Assembly (NCBI GenBank): GCA_038063535.1
Contig: JBBTUV010000003.1
Location: 149,179 to 201,400 of the forward strand
Source of the DNA: Patescibacteria group bacterium
GTDB lineage: Bacteria > Patescibacteriota > Minisyncoccia > Phycocordibacterales > UBA9973
DNA length: 52,222 nucleotides
Direction of reading: 5' to 3'
How positions within the stretch are numbered: the stretch's first letter is position 1; the number at the start of each line of letters is the position of its first letter. A program made the position numbers and the translations under genes. This document shows positions 49,696 through 52,222 of this stretch, one piece after another. Below the pieces are notes generated by a model. That model was given only the letters and a program-made list of their open reading frames with translations, was not told the DNA's origin and did no database searches.

Positions 49696-51105
49696 ATGGC
49701 CAAAAAACCGAAACGCCGCGTTAAGAAATCGGGAAAAAACTGGAAAAAATTCTGGAAGCTTGGGGTGGAGGAATACAACACGCAGTATTTCGACGTGAAC
49801 GGAGGTGGCGAGCTTTGCGTGCGTGAAGGCAACTACCTCTACAATCTAAACGACATTGTCAAAAAATACGGCTCGCCGGTCGAAATCGTTTTCCCGTTCA
49901 TTCTTGAGGAGCGATTGGAGGACCTCCAGGATTATTTCCGTGCTTACATGAAGATCGCCGGCTATCGGGGCAAATTCTACTACCACTATCCGATGAAGGT
50001 GAATCAGAACAAAGAGTTTATCATGCCGCTCATCTCCGAGGGCGCGCACATGGAAGTCGGTTCGGTGAACGAGCTCTGGATCGTCAAGAAACTTTGGGAA
50101 GGTGAGCGTTTTCACTCAAAGCTCCGTGTTCTTTGCAATGGCCCGAAGACGGATGCATATCTTGAACTCATCGACGAACTACGGGGGAAGAACCTTGCGA
50201 TCATGCCGATCATCGAGGATGAGCACGAGCTTGTAAAGCTCGCCAAGTACAAGGGCGATGTCGGCATCCGAGTGAACCTCGACACTAAGGCGGATACCCA
50301 CTGGGACAAGAAGATCGACCGCTTCGGCTTTACCTCGCGTGAGATCCTCGATCTGCCGCGGATGAAAAATCTGAAAATCCTCCACTACCATATCGGCTCG
50401 CAAATCACCTCCGCCAGGAGTGTCCTAAAACCGCTCGAGGAAGCCGCGAATCTTTACGTAAAGTTATTGAAAAATCAGCCCGCTCTCGACACGCTCGATA
50501 TCGGCGGAGGCTTCGGGGTGCCTTATGAGAAAAAGCCATTTTACAATGCCAAAAGAATGTCGGAGCGGATCGTGAAGCTTCTCAAAAAAACCTGCGATGA
50601 CGCGGGGGTCAGGCATCCGAATCTGGTAGTGGAATGGGGACGCTATATCGTCGCTCCGGCGCAGGTGAGCATTTTCTCCGTCATCGCCGAGAAATCGATC
50701 CCGAAAGGGAATGCGAAGAGCTGGTATGTCATCGACGGGAGTTTCATGAACGACCTTCTCGACACTTGGGCTATTCACCAGAAGTGGCATATCGTGCCAG
50801 TGAATAATGCGAACTCAAAAGCACAGAAGAGCGTCTGGCTCGCGGGTTCCTCTTGCGATTCGGACGACAAGTATACCGCCGGCGGCAATTACATCCTGCT
50901 TCCGAAACTAAAGGAAGGCGAACCGCAGTATTTCGCAGTTTTTGATTCGGGAGCTTATCAAGATGCTCTGGCTTCGCACCACTGCCTGCTTTCCTCGCCG
51001 GCCAAGCTCATCGCCCAAGACGGCGCGATCAAAGTGGCCCGCAAGCGCGAGAGCGCCGACGCTATCGGCCGGCTCTTCGGCTGGACAAATGGAGACCATA
51101 AATAA
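49696..51105 (+). CDS. speA: PLP-dependent (alanine-racemase-fold) decarboxylase, biosynthetic arginine decarboxylase-like
   Basis: PLP-Lys context HYPMKVNQNKEFI (SpeA-type YPIKVNQ), GGGFGVPY, GSSCDSDD. At 469 aa it is shorter than E. coli SpeA. Confidence 0.65.
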   Translation: MAKKPKRRVKKSGKNWKKFWKLGVEEYNTQYFDVNGGGELCVREGNYLYNLNDIVKKYGSPVEIVFPFILEERLEDLQDYFRAYMKIAGYRGKFYYHYPMKVNQNKEFIMPLISEGAHMEVGSVNELWIVKKLWEGERFHSKLRVLCNGPKTDAYLELIDELRGKNLAIMPIIEDEHELVKLAKYKGDVGIRVNLDTKADTHWDKKIDRFGFTSREILDLPRMKNLKILHYHIGSQITSARSVLKPLEEAANLYVKLLKNQPALDTLDIGGGFGVPYEKKPFYNAKRMSERIVKLLKKTCDDAGVRHPNLVVEWGRYIVAPAQVSIFSVIAEKSIPKGNAKSWYVIDGSFMNDLLDTWAIHQKWHIVPVNNANSKAQKSVWLAGSSCDSDDKYTAGGNYILLPKLKEGEPQYFAVFDSGAYQDALASHHCLLSSPAKLIAQDGAIKVARKRESADAIGRLFGWTNGDHK

Positions 51106-51592
51106 AAATCTTCTTGGCGGAACACTTATTTTTCTCGTTTTGCTTGTCGGCGCATATTTCTTGGGCGCTGGGGATGAAAAAATAGGAGAGAAGGGTTTGC
51201 CTGTAAGTTCGGTCACCGCAAACCGCGCGGGTGATATAAAAGGCGTGAGGCTCGCGGGGCAAGATGTTAAAGTTGATCTTGCGCTCACCGAGCTTGAGCA
51301 GGAGAGGGGACTCTCCGGCCGGCGCGAGCTTGCGGTCGGCGAGGGGATGCTTTTTGTCTTTCCCGCGCCGGGCACGTATTATTTTTGGATGAAGGGCGTG
51401 AAATTTTCAATAGATATGATATGGCTTGCGGAAGATATGCGAGTGATTTACATAGCCAAGAACGTTCCGCCTGATTCATATCCCAGGCTTTTCGGGCCGA
51501 AAGAGAATTCGAAATACGTGCTTGAAGTAGCCGCGGGGTTTTCGGAAAAAAATAATCTAAGGGCGGGAGATAGGGCAGAGCTTCAGTACTAG
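51089..51592 (+). CDS. DUF192 family protein with an N-terminal membrane anchor
   Basis: GMLFVFPAPGTYYFWMKGVKFSIDMIWL matches the DUF192 core (as recalled). The ATG at 51089 overlaps the decarboxylase 3' end by 17 nt. Confidence 0.65.
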   Translation: METINKNLLGGTLIFLVLLVGAYFLGAGDEKIGEKGLPVSSVTANRAGDIKGVRLAGQDVKVDLALTELEQERGLSGRRELAVGEGMLFVFPAPGTYYFWMKGVKFSIDMIWLAEDMRVIYIAKNVPPDSYPRLFGPKENSKYVLEVAAGFSEKNNLRAGDRAELQY

Positions 51593-51620
51593 TTGATTTT
51601 TAGAGAGACCCGTGTATAAT
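51593..51620 (+). promoter_or_regulatory. Promoter TTGATT-16 nt-TATAAT for RNase P RNA
   Basis: -35 at 51593..51598 and -10 at 51615..51620. Confidence 0.55.
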
Positions 51621-51626
51621 ACTCGA

Positions 51627-51927
51627 GGTTTTGCGCGGTGATAGTTGCTCCGATTTAGATCGGAGAGGAAAGTCCGAACACACAGTCCCGCTTCTGCGGG
51701 ATTAAACGTAGCGGGTAACGCCCGCCCAGCGCAAGCTGCGAGGTGCGAACAGAGACGAGCTCCTTTAGTGGAGGTGAAACGGCTAAATCCTTACGCGTGT
51801 GCAAGATCGTGCCCTGAGAGCAATCGAGGGGAGAATCGCTTGAGCTCGACAGCAATGGCGAGCCTAGATAAATAGCTATCCTTCGACCTTGGTCGGAGAA
51901 CAGAATTCGGCTTACAAGCACAAAGCC
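51627..51927 (+). ncRNA. rnpB: RNase P RNA (bacterial), compact at about 300 nt. Ends are approximate.
   Basis: Universal blocks GAGGAAAGTCCG (51665..51676), GGTAACGCC (51714..51722), ACAGAGA, GCTTGAGC...GCCTAGAT, and ACAGAATTCGGCTTA (51900..51914). The P1 pairing ggttttgcgc / gcacaaagcc defines the ends. Confidence 0.85.
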
Positions 51928-51936
51928 AAAAACATG

Positions 51937-51968
51937 AAAAATCCCCTCGAAAGAGGGGATTTTTCTGC
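51937..51968. terminator. Bidirectional-looking terminator hairpin after rnpB
   Basis: aaaaatcccctc-gaaa-gaggggattttt, with an A-tract 5' and a T-tract 3'. Confidence 0.7.
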
Positions 51969-51973
51969 TTTAG

Positions 51974-52002
51974 TTGCAATTTTTCCCCAAATGTGCTATA
52001 CT
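51974..52002 (+). promoter_or_regulatory. Promoter TTGCAA-17 nt-(TGc)TATACT
   Basis: -35 at 51974..51979 and extended -10 at 51994..52002. Confidence 0.5.
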
Positions 52003-52008
52003 CTCCGC

Positions 52009-52084
52009 GTGAGTGTGTGGCAATCAAACTTAATTGTCACAACATACGTGCCGCAGGACCCCGACTTCGGTCGGGGTTTCTGTT
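52009..52084 (+). ncRNA. Candidate small RNA of about 75 nt, function unknown
   Basis: Bounded by the promoter above and the intrinsic terminator accccgac-ttcg-gtcggggt plus ttctgttt (52058..52084). Internal hairpin gtggcaat-caaactta-attgtcac. No SD and no in-frame stop codon before the window end. Confidence 0.35.
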
Positions 52085-52158
52085 TGGTGGACCTATCGAG
52101 AATCGAACTCGAGTCTCGTCATTGCGAACGACGCGTCATACCACTAGACCATAGGCCC
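52085..52158 (-). tRNA. tRNA-Ala (anticodon CGC), CCA encoded
   Basis: The reverse complement folds as a cloverleaf. Acceptor GGGCCTA/TAGGTCC with the G3:U70 Ala identity pair, anticodon loop TTCGCAA, T arm CTCGA-GTTCGATT-CTCGA region, ACCA end. Confidence 0.85.
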
Positions 52159-52160
52159 TG

Positions 52161-52222
52161 TGGACCCGAGCGGATTCGAACCGCTGACCTCCTCATTGCA
52201 AATGAGGCGCTCTACCAACTAA
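52161..52222 (-). tRNA. tRNA-Ala (anticodon TGC). The 5' part is cut by the window edge.
   Basis: Reverse complement ...TTAGTTGGTAGAGCGCCTCATTTGCAATGAGGAGGTCAGCGGTTCGAATCCGCTCGGGTCCA. Anticodon loop TTTGCAA, with U70 in the acceptor 3' strand. 2-nt spacer to the next tRNA-Ala. Confidence 0.8.

Overview
This 52.2-kb window looks like a small, streamlined bacterial genome of the CPR/Patescibacteria type. That lineage call is an inference from short housekeeping proteins, domain-stripped aminoacyl-tRNA synthetases, a compact RNase P RNA and a type IV pilus cluster. The standard code fits: TGA ends several genes, often as ATGA overlaps, and long housekeeping ORFs are uninterrupted. Gene order from 5' to 3': (1) a type IV pilus block with a pilC 3' fragment, two tandem major-pilin paralogues, prepilin peptidase, three minor pilins and a 685-aa GspK/PilX-like tip protein; (2) ligA, an SGNH hydrolase, tRNA-Ser, small membrane proteins (DUF1761, DUF475/TerC-like) and a UvrD-type helicase fused to a PD-(D/E)XK nuclease; (3) a single-chain, mitochondrial-type PheRS; (4) a roughly 1.1-kb GC-rich region with no annotatable gene upstream of gyrB; (5) gyrB, an N-terminally truncated thrS, rpmF, a nusB-Nudix fusion, rnc and a short SMC whose hinge is replaced by a central CPVCG motif; (6) a DD-carboxypeptidase/CapA fusion, rnr and a GC-rich lipoprotein islet; (7) rpsP, a KH protein and trmD, then a contiguous rpoB-rpoC-dnaG-rpoD block; (8) a DsbA-like protein, DUF378, a processive GT2 synthase, a Trx-like membrane protein and tRNA-Thr; (9) rpsB-tsf diverging from proS-mreB-mreC, a Cys-rich protein, tgt, a speA-like gene and DUF192; (10) RNase P RNA, a candidate small RNA and two tRNA-Ala genes. 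I found no rRNA, CRISPR array, transposase or integrase. The strongest leads are these: the promoter / leaderless 21-codon ORF / antiterminator-terminator / small-ORF cassette at 15555..15971; the SMC with a Rad50-like zinc hook; three synthetases (PheRS, ThrRS, ProRS) that all lack their editing modules; the pilus tip protein with two in-frame C8 tracts; a perfectly symmetric divergent promoter sharing one palindromic -35; and a Cys-rich mosaic protein translationally coupled to mreC. All homology calls come from motif recognition by eye. No searches or folding programs were run.
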